Shown here: piece by piece, positions 18,025 to 27,496 of the stretch
How the letters are laid out: every line of letters begins with the position of its first letter
Numbering within the stretch: the first letter of the stretch is position 1
DNA from: Phormidesmis sp.
Lineage (GTDB): Bacteria > Cyanobacteriota > Cyanobacteriia > Leptolyngbyales > Leptolyngbyaceae
Length of the DNA: 64,000 nucleotides
Direction of reading: 5' to 3'
Assembly: GCA_965248535.1 (NCBI GenBank)
Contig: CBDFJR010000002.1
Location: 1,120,001-1,184,000 of the forward strand
Program-made: the position numbers and the translations under genes
Notes under the pieces: generated by a model
What the model was told of the DNA's origin: nothing
What the model saw: the letters and a program-made list of their open reading frames with translations, nothing else
Database searches by the model: none

Positions 18025-18975
18025 CTAGATTAGACGATCGCGACTTCCACTCAAGAATGAACCTATCGGCATGATGAGCATAGCAATGCCTGCTGCCACG
18101 AATAACCTCGTTAAATTTATTTCCATTAATACCCCAGAAATCGCCTGGGAAAATGGGTCGAGCGCCACAGAAGCAAACATAACTAAACTCATCATGCGTC
18201 CTTGCATATGTGTTGCCGTTTGTTGTTGTAACCAGGTGATGCCAAGTACTCCAATGATGCCTCCACTCAACCCCATCAGCGCAATGACAACGCCCGCCAT
18301 CCAAGCTTGTTGCATAAATCCCAGGGCGATCAGTCCTGCACCTAGCAAAGCAGAAAGCAGCGCTAAAGGCATTTTCAAATCTTTAATGGCGCTGAGTCGG
18401 CTGGCAACGACCACGCCCAATAGCGCACCGATTCCGTAGGCGGATTGCAAGTAGCCAAAAGTCGTCGCACTGCCGTCAAAGCGTACCGTCACCAGTTCCG
18501 CCACACCAATCATAATCGGTTCCAAAACTGCAAAATTGATCATGGCAATCAACTGTAAGCTAATCCGAATAGCGGGTTGTTTCCAGGCATAGTATAGCCC
18601 CGCCATAATCTCCCCACTCAACGAAGCGGCACTAGATGAAGTGACAGGCGGTGCAACAGGATGCGATCGCGTCTTCACCAAGGCAATCATCCCGCTACCG
18701 ATCGCAACCAATCCAATCAATGTGGTGTTGATGGCGGCAGCGATCGCGGCGACAAAGTGGGTCGGCAAGCGATCGCTGATTGCCTCGCCGACTAACATGA
18801 ACAGCCCCCGTGGAATTACTGCGGCCATTAACACACTCCCCAGAGCAAAACCCGAACCTGTCTTTTGGAGGATGAGCCAAGTTAATGCGACAAACCAAAA
18901 CTGTGACGCGCACAGAATAAAAGTTTGCCCGAACCAAAGCCAACAAAAGCTAGGCAGTTGTAACAGTGATTTCAC
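18025..18975 (-). CDS. MFS efflux transporter (DHA3/MefA-like), probably internally deleted
   Basis: LWFGQ...VALTWLILQKTGS, MQGRMMSL motifs; only 316 aa. Confidence 0.7.
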   Translation of the reverse strand: MKSLLQLPSFCWLWFGQTFILCASQFWFVALTWLILQKTGSGFALGSVLMAAVIPRGLFMLVGEAISDRLPTHFVAAIAAAINTTLIGLVAIGSGMIALVKTRSHPVAPPVTSSSAASLSGEIMAGLYYAWKQPAIRISLQLIAMINFAVLEPIMIGVAELVTVRFDGSATTFGYLQSAYGIGALLGVVVASRLSAIKDLKMPLALLSALLGAGLIALGFMQQAWMAGVVIALMGLSGGIIGVLGITWLQQQTATHMQGRMMSLVMFASVALDPFSQAISGVLMEINLTRLFVAAGIAMLIMPIGSFLSGSRDRLI

Positions 18976-18981
18976 AACAAT

Positions 18982-19626
18982 TCACCCCTGAATCGGTTGA
19001 ATATTTAACTCCGCTTGCCATTGGGTCAGTGGCTTATCCCATTCCTCTTCCCACTTTTGACCGAATAAAGCCTGAGCTGTTTCACCCATCCGCCAACCTT
19101 GTGCAATCGCCGCTAGCAAGGATGGCAACTGCGTGGAATCGAACAAAGTCGCAGCGATCAAACTATTGGCAATCACCATTGTTGCCAGTGGGTAAGAAAA
19201 CTGAGGAAGATGAAACGCCTGTAATCCGATTTCACCATTTTCCGACGTGTTAAATCCAGTTAAAATATGCCAGATATCGTGGGTTTGGCTAAGTCGCAGT
19301 TCGACATAATGAGCATCCGATTTGGCAGTCATACCCGCATGTAGATTGGGGTCATATCCTGACTCTTTCATGGCTTTGGCACAAATGTAGCCCAATGAAT
19401 TATCAGGATAGGTGAGTAATCGATCAAGGTCATGAGCCGGGGGAATATAGCGATCATTAATCAGTGCAGCACAAGCCGGATCGCATTTTAGCTGTTTCAC
19501 CACCAAGTCAAAAGCCGAGGTGTCTAACAAAGCCGATGACATCTCAAAGACTAATTTCAGGCTGTCATCAGCGATCAACATGGTCATAAAAGACTTGAAA
19601 ATCAGCATTGCTTGAATAATTTTCAT
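18982..19626 (-). CDS. Coq4-family protein
   Basis: P.NSLG, HDIWHILTGF.T...GEIGLQAF (HDxxH-x11-E motif). Confidence 0.8.
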   Translation of the reverse strand: MKIIQAMLIFKSFMTMLIADDSLKLVFEMSSALLDTSAFDLVVKQLKCDPACAALINDRYIPPAHDLDRLLTYPDNSLGYICAKAMKESGYDPNLHAGMTAKSDAHYVELRLSQTHDIWHILTGFNTSENGEIGLQAFHLPQFSYPLATMVIANSLIAATLFDSTQLPSLLAAIAQGWRMGETAQALFGQKWEEEWDKPLTQWQAELNIQPIQG

Positions 19627-19666
19627 GACAAGATCTCCAGAAAATTCAGCAGAATCAGGTTAATAT

Positions 19667-19739
19667 ATGAGCAACGCTCATGATTTCAATATATGAGCGT
19701 TGCTCATATATTGTCAAGCAAAACATGAGTTATACTCAT
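19667..19739. promoter_or_regulatory. three palindromic operators, probably TetR sites
   Basis: ATGAGC-AAC-GCTCAT 19667-19681, ATGAGC-GTT-GCTCAT 19693-19707 (extends to a 25-bp palindrome), ATGAGT-TAT-ACTCAT 19725-19739. Confidence 0.8.
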
Positions 19740-19765
19740 TTATTTTTCAAGCAAAGCGAATTCCC

Positions 19766-20452
19766 ATGGCTATAGACCCACAAAAATCGATTGGGATGCG
19801 GCGACAGCCCCGACAGGCTCGGAGTCAGGAGCGGGTGAAGCAGATCTTGGATGTGGCGGAGCAAATGTTCATTACTGAGGGCTACGGTGCGACGACTACG
19901 AACGCGATCGCCGCTCGTGCAAAGGTATCGATCGGGTCGCTCTATCAGTTTTTCCCGGACAAAGAGGCGATTGTGCAAGCGTTAGCGATGCAGTATATGA
20001 AGCATCTATACCAGCGATTGGTGGCACTCAATGCTGCTGATATGACTGATCTGCCGTTGTCTACCTATGTCGATCAGATGATTGATGCGACGGATCAATT
20101 TTTCACGGACTATCCGGGCTACCATGCCATCTTCATTCAGGTGCAAGGAATTGTTCCGGAATTAGCCGAAATCGAAGATGCGGCTGATGCCCAACTCATT
20201 CAAAATTTTGCAACGTCGTTGTCCCAATATTATTCAGGCTTGGACTCCACGGATTATGAGGCGATCTCGTTTGTGTTGGTGAAGGTGATCGGAACTTTGC
20301 TCTGGTTGTCCCTCAGTCAAGAGAAACGTTTTCGGCAACGCCTAGTTACAGAAACAAAACGATTTACCTTAAGTTACCTACAAAGCTATTTTCCGTTAGA
20401 ACAAAAGCCACCTAACAACGCCCATGCACACCGATCGTATAAAGGTTATTGA
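19766..20452 (+). CDS. TetR/AcrR-family regulator
   Basis: PRQARS...ILDVA...GYGATTTNAIAARAKVSIGSLYQFFPDKEAI; ORF ends inside attC6. Confidence 0.9.
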   Translation: MAIDPQKSIGMRRQPRQARSQERVKQILDVAEQMFITEGYGATTTNAIAARAKVSIGSLYQFFPDKEAIVQALAMQYMKHLYQRLVALNAADMTDLPLSTYVDQMIDATDQFFTDYPGYHAIFIQVQGIVPELAEIEDAADAQLIQNFATSLSQYYSGLDSTDYEAISFVLVKVIGTLLWLSLSQEKRFRQRLVTETKRFTLSYLQSYFPLEQKPPNNAHAHRSYKGY

Positions 20453-20498
20453 TTGAGTCCACAAAGTCACTAGCGGCGGTTGATGGGCACCGTTAGCC
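20410..20498 (+). mobile_element. attC site 6
   Basis: ACCTAAC-AAC-GCCCAT[G]CA.ACCG...CGGTTGATGGGC-ACC-GTTAGCC; ACCTAA matches TTAGGT at the cassette start (17993). Confidence 0.8.
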
Positions 20499-20563
20499 TG
20501 CTTTTCACAATCGAGATGGGCAATAAAATACAAACCTTAGCTGCCATAGCGGGTATTTTCGGT

Positions 20564-20781
20564 GAGAAGCATCCAGATGGATAGGTTGCTTATCCCATTG
20601 GTGTCGTGGGTGCGATTGTTGGACAGGGAGACACCTACGAAGAGGCTTTATCGGATGTGAAATCTGCGATCGCTTGCTACGCAGAAGTCTTTGGCAAAGA
20701 AAGGTTAGATGATACTCCCTATATTGAGGTTTTCGTTGCTGAGGCACGAGTTGCGGTTTAATGCCGAAGTTTCCGGTTGAT
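20564..20781 (+). pseudogene. decayed hicB-hicA pair
   Basis: EKHPDG*VAYPIG...VGQGDTYEEALSDVKSAI (internal TAG at 20582) ends in TAATG overlapping MPKFPVD, a HicA-like start that is then lost. Confidence 0.65.
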
Positions 20782-20799
20782 GGAACTATAATTCTCAAT

Positions 20800-21200
20800 A
20801 TGACCGAACACAGTGTATGGCGAATTTCGTTAGCTCACAAAATCGCTCCGGCTTTCACTGTTAATGCCAAAGTTGAAGCGCGTTTTGTGTTTGGCTCGGC
20901 AGCATTAGGAATCTCAGATCAGTATTCAGACCTTGAGTTGGCTTTTATCTGATCACAACTCCCGTCTACTGAAGAATTACATCAACATGCTGCTCAGGCT
21001 AAACCGCATTTATCATCCCGGCTTCAAATGGACACGCTACTGGATTGAAGAAATGAACATCAAATCGCCTGAGTTTTTTGCGCGGTTGGAGCGCGTTTTT
21101 CAATCTGATGCTGCAAGTGGAACCCATGAATTGTGACAACTCTCGGAGGAAACGTTCAACCTTGTAGAGCAGCACTTGCCGCAAGTTGACTTCAAGCAGC
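20800..21200 (+). pseudogene. fragmented nucleotidyltransferase-domain gene
   Basis: FVFGSAALGISDQYSDLE (GS-x-DxD-like motif) followed by stops and other-frame fragments. Confidence 0.5.
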
Positions 21201-21251
21201 AGCTATTAGTCATAATAAGAATTGCTGGTGAGCGATCGCCAGATCTGAGTT

Positions 21252-22550
21252 TCACCCGAAGCTATCAGCCGTGTAGAGATAGCCTCTAGAGGTGCCGTCG
21301 TCGAGCCAAATAATCGCGCCATCGCTTTCGAGGGTTTGGCTCTGAGAGATGCCTTGATTGATGATTCTAATTAATCGCTGTGGGCTAAAGGATTCTAGCT
21401 CGACAAAGTTTCCTTGATCGAGCCAGGTTAATTCATCGGCTGATAATGTTTGCCGTATCTCGATCGGCAGTTGTTTTGAGGCTTGAGCCGATGGGTCTGA
21501 AGACTGGACTAATAAGTGACGAGCCGATAAAATCTGGCGAGGCAACAGCCCCAAATCAATCAGTTGCACGGGGCTGTTTTGAAACCAATTAGGACTGGTC
21601 TTTAGTTGATTAATGAGGCGCATTCCTTGGGGGGTGCCGTCATGAAGCCCATAGACTTTTAGATCGGGGTTGCGCTTCAGCATGGTCATTACGGTGGTAA
21701 AAATGCTTTGCGGATAGCCTGTGATGCTGAGAACGGCACAGTTGTTTTCAAAGTGAAAGTTGTTGGCGATCAACAATTGAGCGATTTTGGCGCTATCACA
21801 CACCACCGCCCGATCGAAGCTATAAGCGCTTACGTCAGGGTCAACCAGTTGAGCAGTTTGTTCTTCGCTCGGTGGCGGCAAAAGTTTGGGAATTGCCCCA
21901 TTGATCAAAGTCCAGCGATCGAGCCAAGTTTTGAATTGAGCTTGTTCAAATAGGGGAACTTTAGCGATCGTAGCCTGCCGTTTTTTTTGCCAGATGCCGA
22001 GCACGATCGAGACCATGCCCAACAGCACAGCTAGAAAGTAGATCAGAGCAGAATGCGAGACAAGACCCCAGAAAACCCCACTAATCAGAATTAAACCCCC
22101 TAGGATTTGTAACTTTCTAGCGTTGGCTCTGCGAATGGCATAGCTAAATTGATTAGACTTGCTAAGTTGGAAAAATTGAATAATAAAGATTACATTGATC
22201 ACAACCCCAAAGATCAGATAAAGCAGGGGAATTGCCCGCGTAATTAGGGCTATCCAAACGCTGATTACAACATAGACAACCAGCAACGCAGTCCCTATTG
22301 AAGCCGATCGCGCTGTCAACCGTTTGTCTAACAGATAATAAAGCTGCTTAGGCGTAAAAAATAGTGTGCCGTCAGACGAAATATCGGCGATCGCTTTAGC
22401 AAAAAATGGGTCAGTAATCAGCAATCTTTTGTCGGTGACGGTAGTTGGCTCAAAGGCAAACGGATGGTTGCAGCTTTTGCAGCGACCTGAGTGATCAGTG
22501 CGATCTTTTAGAATATTGTCAGTTCCACACTGAATACATTTCATACCCAT
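21252..22550 (-). CDS. hypothetical membrane protein with N-terminal CxxC zinc ribbon
   Basis: 432-aa ORF; CIQC...CKSC; four hydrophobic segments. Confidence 0.75.
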   Translation of the reverse strand: MGMKCIQCGTDNILKDRTDHSGRCKSCNHPFAFEPTTVTDKRLLITDPFFAKAIADISSDGTLFFTPKQLYYLLDKRLTARSASIGTALLVVYVVISVWIALITRAIPLLYLIFGVVINVIFIIQFFQLSKSNQFSYAIRRANARKLQILGGLILISGVFWGLVSHSALIYFLAVLLGMVSIVLGIWQKKRQATIAKVPLFEQAQFKTWLDRWTLINGAIPKLLPPPSEEQTAQLVDPDVSAYSFDRAVVCDSAKIAQLLIANNFHFENNCAVLSITGYPQSIFTTVMTMLKRNPDLKVYGLHDGTPQGMRLINQLKTSPNWFQNSPVQLIDLGLLPRQILSARHLLVQSSDPSAQASKQLPIEIRQTLSADELTWLDQGNFVELESFSPQRLIRIINQGISQSQTLESDGAIIWLDDGTSRGYLYTADSFG

Positions 22551-22571
22551 AAATTAAATGCTCCCAACAGT

Positions 22572-23771
22572 TCAAAACGGACTCGGATCAAAAATCTGAT
22601 TGTCTAGCAAAACTCGATAATCTTCTCGCTTGCGAATCAGAGAATGGTGTGTTCCTGTTAACAAAACCTCTGCGGGTCGAGGGCGATGCAGAAAATGCGA
22701 AGACATCGCATAGCCATAAGCGCCCGTGTCGAGAATGGCGATCGTGTCTCCACTATTTAACGCTGGAAGCGGACAATTGCGCCCTAAATAATCGCGAGAA
22801 TAAGTTGTGTTGCCACACACATCGGTGGAATATTGAGACGCACCTTTAGCCCAAGTGACAATCTGCCGATAGCCCCCATGCACAGACGGAACCGAGAGAT
22901 TTCCAACGGTGGTATCGACTCCAACAATTTGTTTCTCGGTTTGCCATTTGGTTGAGACAACCTGGGTCAGCAGCGTGCCACAGTGGGCGATCGCGGCCCG
23001 TCCCGGTTCAACCATCAACTCAATCTCTGGCTGAATCGCGGTTAGCTTTTGGCTCAAGGCGGCTCCAAACTCTGACCAGTTAAACGCGGCTCCGTCTGGC
23101 TGATAGGGATAGCCAAAACCGCCGCCAAAATCAAGCGATCGCCAGTCGGGGAGTTGTTGAGCAATGGCAATAACATCATCTATCACTTGAGTAAATGCTT
23201 TTGTGGCGTTCGTTCCAGTCCCGCGATAGAAGTGTAACCCCGTGATGGCCAATCCTGATTTTTTAGCAATCATCAGCGCGTCTTCAAACTCTTCTAACCG
23301 GATTCCTATTCTGCTATCTCCTGTGATCTCTGGCGCATTTAACCGGATGCCTAACTTGATTTTAGAAGACGTTGGCTTTGATTGCAGTGTTGTGCACAAC
23401 AAGTGTAGCTGAGACGTGCTGTCTAAATTCAGTTTAGTAATCTTCCAGTCTAATAATTGTTCTAGATCAGCACGGTTTAAGTTACTGCCGCTATAGACGA
23501 TTTGCTCTGGGGCAAAGCCTGCGGTTAAGCCTAAATAAGCGTCTCCTGGCGTGTTGGCATGAAGCCCCCAGCCTGCATCACGCGCTATCTGCAACAGAGC
23601 AATGTTGCCATTGGTGACGCTGGCAAAGTGAAAGCGCGTTTGAGGATAAGGAATCGCTTGAGTGATCTGGGCAATGGTTTGCCGGAAGCGATCGCCGTCA
23701 TAGACATAGAGCGGTGAGCCGTAAGTCGCAATCAATTCCTGCATTAAAGACTCAGAAAAGGGCAGATTCAT
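22572..23771 (-). CDS. diaminopimelate-decarboxylase-like protein (group IV PLP fold), atypical active site
   Basis: YGSPLYVYD, DFGGGFG, EPGRA, D.GAYG..M motifs; FASVTN where YAxKAN is expected. Confidence 0.75.
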   Translation of the reverse strand: MNLPFSESLMQELIATYGSPLYVYDGDRFRQTIAQITQAIPYPQTRFHFASVTNGNIALLQIARDAGWGLHANTPGDAYLGLTAGFAPEQIVYSGSNLNRADLEQLLDWKITKLNLDSTSQLHLLCTTLQSKPTSSKIKLGIRLNAPEITGDSRIGIRLEEFEDALMIAKKSGLAITGLHFYRGTGTNATKAFTQVIDDVIAIAQQLPDWRSLDFGGGFGYPYQPDGAAFNWSEFGAALSQKLTAIQPEIELMVEPGRAAIAHCGTLLTQVVSTKWQTEKQIVGVDTTVGNLSVPSVHGGYRQIVTWAKGASQYSTDVCGNTTYSRDYLGRNCPLPALNSGDTIAILDTGAYGYAMSSHFLHRPRPAEVLLTGTHHSLIRKREDYRVLLDNQIFDPSPF

Positions 23772-23928
23772 CCTTAATTCTTTATTTTTTAGCAAAGGTA
23801 ACCCTCATGGCTTGGGGCGAAAAATCTTCATCACTCATGGGAGGGTCACAGACAGATAGTATTAATGATGAACAGGAGTCGCCCGTTGACCCCTCACCCA
23901 TTAAACGAATTGTTTAGGACTTTTGATC

Positions 23929-24639
23929 ATGAGTGTAGAAACTGACCCCGCAAAAATCATGAAACAGCAGGTGGGCATTGCGGCCGCCGCTAGAGTAAAG
24001 TCTGGTTCTATTGTAGGGCTGGGCACCGGGTCAACCACGGCCTACGCGATTCAGGCATTGGGCGATCGCCTTAAATCAGGCGATCTCAAAGATATTAAGG
24101 GCGTTCCCACCTCGTTTCAAGCGATCGTGTTGGCGCGGCAATATGGCATTCCCCTCGTGACGCTGGATGAAATCGATCACATTGATGTGGCGATCGATGG
24201 GGCCGATGAGGTCGATCCGCACAAGAATTTGATCAAAGGGGGCGGGGCAGCCCATACTCAAGAAAAAATCGTGGATTCTCTCGCCGATCAGTTTATTGTC
24301 GTGGTCGATAGCGGCAAACTCGTCGAGCATTTAGGGTCAACGTTTTTGCTGCCTGTCGAGGTGATTCCGATGGCGGTGACTCCGGTGATGAGAGCGATCG
24401 TCAAACTAGGCGGCAAACCCGAACTGCGGATGGGCATCAAAAAAGCGGGCCCCGTGGTCACCGATCAGGGCAATCTCGTCATCGATGTGAAGTTCGATCG
24501 CATTGACAACCCGGCTGATCTTGAGAAGACGCTCAACAACATTCCGGGAGTGTTAGAAAATGGCTTGTTTGTCGGCGTGACTGATGTGGTGCTGGTGGGC
24601 GAAATCAAAGACGGTCAACCCTCAGTGCGGGAGTTTTAG
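23929..24639 (+). CDS. rpiA: ribose-5-phosphate isomerase A
   Basis: [27 protein letters not shown]. Confidence 0.95.
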   Translation: MSVETDPAKIMKQQVGIAAAARVKSGSIVGLGTGSTTAYAIQALGDRLKSGDLKDIKGVPTSFQAIVLARQYGIPLVTLDEIDHIDVAIDGADEVDPHKNLIKGGGAAHTQEKIVDSLADQFIVVVDSGKLVEHLGSTFLLPVEVIPMAVTPVMRAIVKLGGKPELRMGIKKAGPVVTDQGNLVIDVKFDRIDNPADLEKTLNNIPGVLENGLFVGVTDVVLVGEIKDGQPSVREF

Positions 24640-24698
24640 GTTATCAAATACAGATCTCCGACTTTTTAAAAAAGTCGGAGATCTTGGGGTCGGGGAGT

Positions 24699-25463
24699 CT
24701 ACTGCTGCTGATAGGCCAAATATATGGCTTCTAGAAAGAGATCGGGAGTCATTTGAAACGGCAAATCTTGCAGCCCGATTATCTGTCGGGTCTGACGGGC
24801 TAACTGCAAACTTAAGTCCGATCGTGCCTTCGTTTCCATTAGCGATCGCCGCTGCAAATATTCTCGAATCACCGCAAAATCATCGGGCAATAGCTGACTG
24901 ATATTAGCCGTCGCTAAAAGCTCAGTTGCCAAAAGCGTTGATTGCTGCGAGGTTTGAAACGTTGCAGACACCACAGGACGGTCATTTTGAACCACGATCG
25001 TTCCGGCAACCCAATCTCCTAAACGTTTTTCTCGTTTTCCTAGAATAATGAATAACATCCCGATCGACAAAAAATCATCGATCGGGCGCAGCAGCGATCG
25101 CAGCAGCGCTTGCGAGACTCCGGCGGGTTGACCATCTTCTCTAATCACCCGAATCTTGGCATAGCGCTTGCCGGGGGTTTGCCCATGCCAGAGGGTTTCA
25201 AAGACAACAAAATAGCCCACATAGATGGCAAAGCCGAGGACGATCGAGATAGCAGTCAGCCAGAGTTCTAAGTTTTTAGACTGGATGTAGTTGGGCAATT
25301 GGCTGGCCAGAACGCCCCACACCACTAAGAACACAAATAAAATACATCCCCAAACGACGTAATCAACTAGCAGCGCCAGAGCGCGATTGCCAATGCCTGC
25401 CAGAGTAAATTCTAGCTCGACGCTTTCGGGCGTTTGAACTTTGATTTGATTAAAAAAGCGCAT
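24699..25463 (-). CDS. RDD family protein
   Basis: R..ALLVD, GQTPGK, KRLGDWVAGTIVV. Confidence 0.85.
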   Translation of the reverse strand: MRFFNQIKVQTPESVELEFTLAGIGNRALALLVDYVVWGCILFVFLVVWGVLASQLPNYIQSKNLELWLTAISIVLGFAIYVGYFVVFETLWHGQTPGKRYAKIRVIREDGQPAGVSQALLRSLLRPIDDFLSIGMLFIILGKREKRLGDWVAGTIVVQNDRPVVSATFQTSQQSTLLATELLATANISQLLPDDFAVIREYLQRRSLMETKARSDLSLQLARQTRQIIGLQDLPFQMTPDLFLEAIYLAYQQQ

Positions 25464-25474
25464 AGGTAGGGAGA

Positions 25475-26296
25475 TTAACGATCGCGTAACTGCAAGCCCA
25501 GACCTTCACGCCGAGCGCGCAGATCATAATAAACCACTGCCTTGATCACCTGCCAGTAGGGCATAATGAGCGCCGACAGCACAATTCTGACCGCTATATC
25601 GACAAATCTTAAAAGCACCACCAGTCCAGGATTTTCGTTTCTAATAGTCAGAGCCGTTATTAGCCCAAAGAGCATGATCGCAGGCAAGTAAACCAGCAGC
25701 GTGACTAGGAAGGCAACAAACAAAATCCATTGAATTCGCCCGACCGATCCCTTCGTCAGACTCCAACTGCGGCTGATCGACGTGGTGCTGTCAACGTTAT
25801 CTTCGATCGCCATCGGCAGATCAAAAACAAACAGCCGAGAACCAAATCGAATCAAAATAATCAACGCTGCAATGAAGATAGCAATATACAAAATCACAGC
25901 CAGCGGTAGCAATGGCCGACTTGTAGCCGCCGCGATCGCGCCAACGCCACCAATTAGTGAACCTCCAATCACGACTCCAATAATCACCCCGATAAAAATC
26001 AGACCGACCAAGAGATGGGTGACAAAAAATTGCCAGAGGCGCGGGCTGGTGTGTCTGCGCGCATCGGTCACCGTTTCAGGCTGATCGACCAGTTCACTAT
26101 AGGCAAGGCGAGCGATCGCCCCTGCAATCTCGGCGAACTTTGCGGTTCCATAGATCGGCACAATGGCCCACAGAGAGGCTCTCAGCGACAGCGTAAGGTA
26201 TTGCTTCAGATGGGAACGATAAATTCGCACACCTGCATTGACAACATTGCCAACACTGAGCGGGCCGAGCGGATTGGCGGGACTAATATTTGACAT
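25475..26296 (-). CDS. membrane protein (glycerophosphodiester phosphodiesterase membrane-domain-like)
   Basis: SRSWSLTKG, YYDLRARREG; typical neighbour of RDD/SpoIIM/MoxR genes. Confidence 0.7.
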   Translation of the reverse strand: MSNISPANPLGPLSVGNVVNAGVRIYRSHLKQYLTLSLRASLWAIVPIYGTAKFAEIAGAIARLAYSELVDQPETVTDARRHTSPRLWQFFVTHLLVGLIFIGVIIGVVIGGSLIGGVGAIAAATSRPLLPLAVILYIAIFIAALIILIRFGSRLFVFDLPMAIEDNVDSTTSISRSWSLTKGSVGRIQWILFVAFLVTLLVYLPAIMLFGLITALTIRNENPGLVVLLRFVDIAVRIVLSALIMPYWQVIKAVVYYDLRARREGLGLQLRDR

Positions 26297-26386
26297 AATG
26301 AATGGTGTCCAACAGCATCCCCTATTAGGATGACTATAGAGTTGACGCTATCTTAGGCGACCTAACACCGAGTGCTCTAAAATTTT

Positions 26387-27361
26387 ATGAATGTTAAACG
26401 TTGGATTGCCAGACGAGAACCCGATTGGAAGCAGTTAGACGCATTGCTGACTCAGATAGAAAAGCGGGGGCTGCGATCGCTGCAAACCGACGAGATTAGA
26501 AAATTAGCGAGTTTATATCGATCGGTGTCGGCAGATTTAGCGCGGGCGAGAACAAATCAAGTGGCGATCGGCAATACGCTGGTGCATGATTTACAGCAGT
26601 TGACGGCGCGGGGCTATAGTCAGGTTTACCAGGGTTCGCGGCGACAAGAGTGGCGATCGGTGCTCGACTTTTATCAGTGGGGCTTTCCGGCGGCAGTGCA
26701 GCAGACGTGGGGCTATATTGCTCTCTCGACCGGATTGTTTTTGCTCGGTGGCTTGATTGGCTGGTGGTTTGCTTGGGGTGACCCGTCGTTTGTGGCGCTG
26801 GTTGTGCCCGAATCGATGATTCACATGGTGCGCGACGATCACAAGCTGTGGATGGGGTCTATTTTGGGCACCGAACCTGTGGCATCCAGTCAGATCATGA
26901 TCAACAATTTAGCGGTTTCGTTTCGAGCGATCGCCGGGGGCATGACCCTAGGAATTTTGACGGTGCTTCTGTTGTTTTTTAATGGGTTGATGATTGGCAC
27001 GATCGGGACGTTGGTCGGTCAAAATAATCTAGCTTTTTCTTTCTGGGCGTTTGTGTTTCCCCACGGGGCGTTAGAGCTTCCTGCGATTTTCTTAGCAGGG
27101 GCGGCAGGGTTATTAATTGCAAGAGGAATTCTGTTTCCCGGTCAGTTTCGGCGACCTGATGCCCTCAAGTTCTACGGGCTACAAGCGGCTCAATTGGTTT
27201 ATGGAATCGTGCCGATGTTGGTGATCGCAGGCACGATCGAGGGCTTTTTCTCCCCCAGCCCAGCCGTGCCCGAATTGCTTAAATACACCGTTGGTATTGC
27301 ATTGTTTACTTTACTGATCATGTATTGCAGTCTAAAAAGTCCCAGTAAAAAACTGGCGTGA
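26387..27361 (+). CDS. stage II sporulation protein M-like membrane protein
   Basis: INNL, FPHGALELPAIFLAG, IEGFFSP. Confidence 0.85.
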   Translation: MNVKRWIARREPDWKQLDALLTQIEKRGLRSLQTDEIRKLASLYRSVSADLARARTNQVAIGNTLVHDLQQLTARGYSQVYQGSRRQEWRSVLDFYQWGFPAAVQQTWGYIALSTGLFLLGGLIGWWFAWGDPSFVALVVPESMIHMVRDDHKLWMGSILGTEPVASSQIMINNLAVSFRAIAGGMTLGILTVLLLFFNGLMIGTIGTLVGQNNLAFSFWAFVFPHGALELPAIFLAGAAGLLIARGILFPGQFRRPDALKFYGLQAAQLVYGIVPMLVIAGTIEGFFSPSPAVPELLKYTVGIALFTLLIMYCSLKSPSKKLA

Positions 27362-27496
27362 GGTATTATTCAACGAATGGTTTTAGCAATACAACGATGA
27401 AAGCATCGTAGATAAATTGAACACTACTCAAAAAACAACACAAATCAATGGGTGCAGAGAGCGATCGGGTCAACTTCTCATGGGGCAATGAGTTGC

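Noticed and set aside
21205..21245. seventh attC closing the last cassette
   Set aside because: No AAC/GTT core pair or L-box symmetry found.
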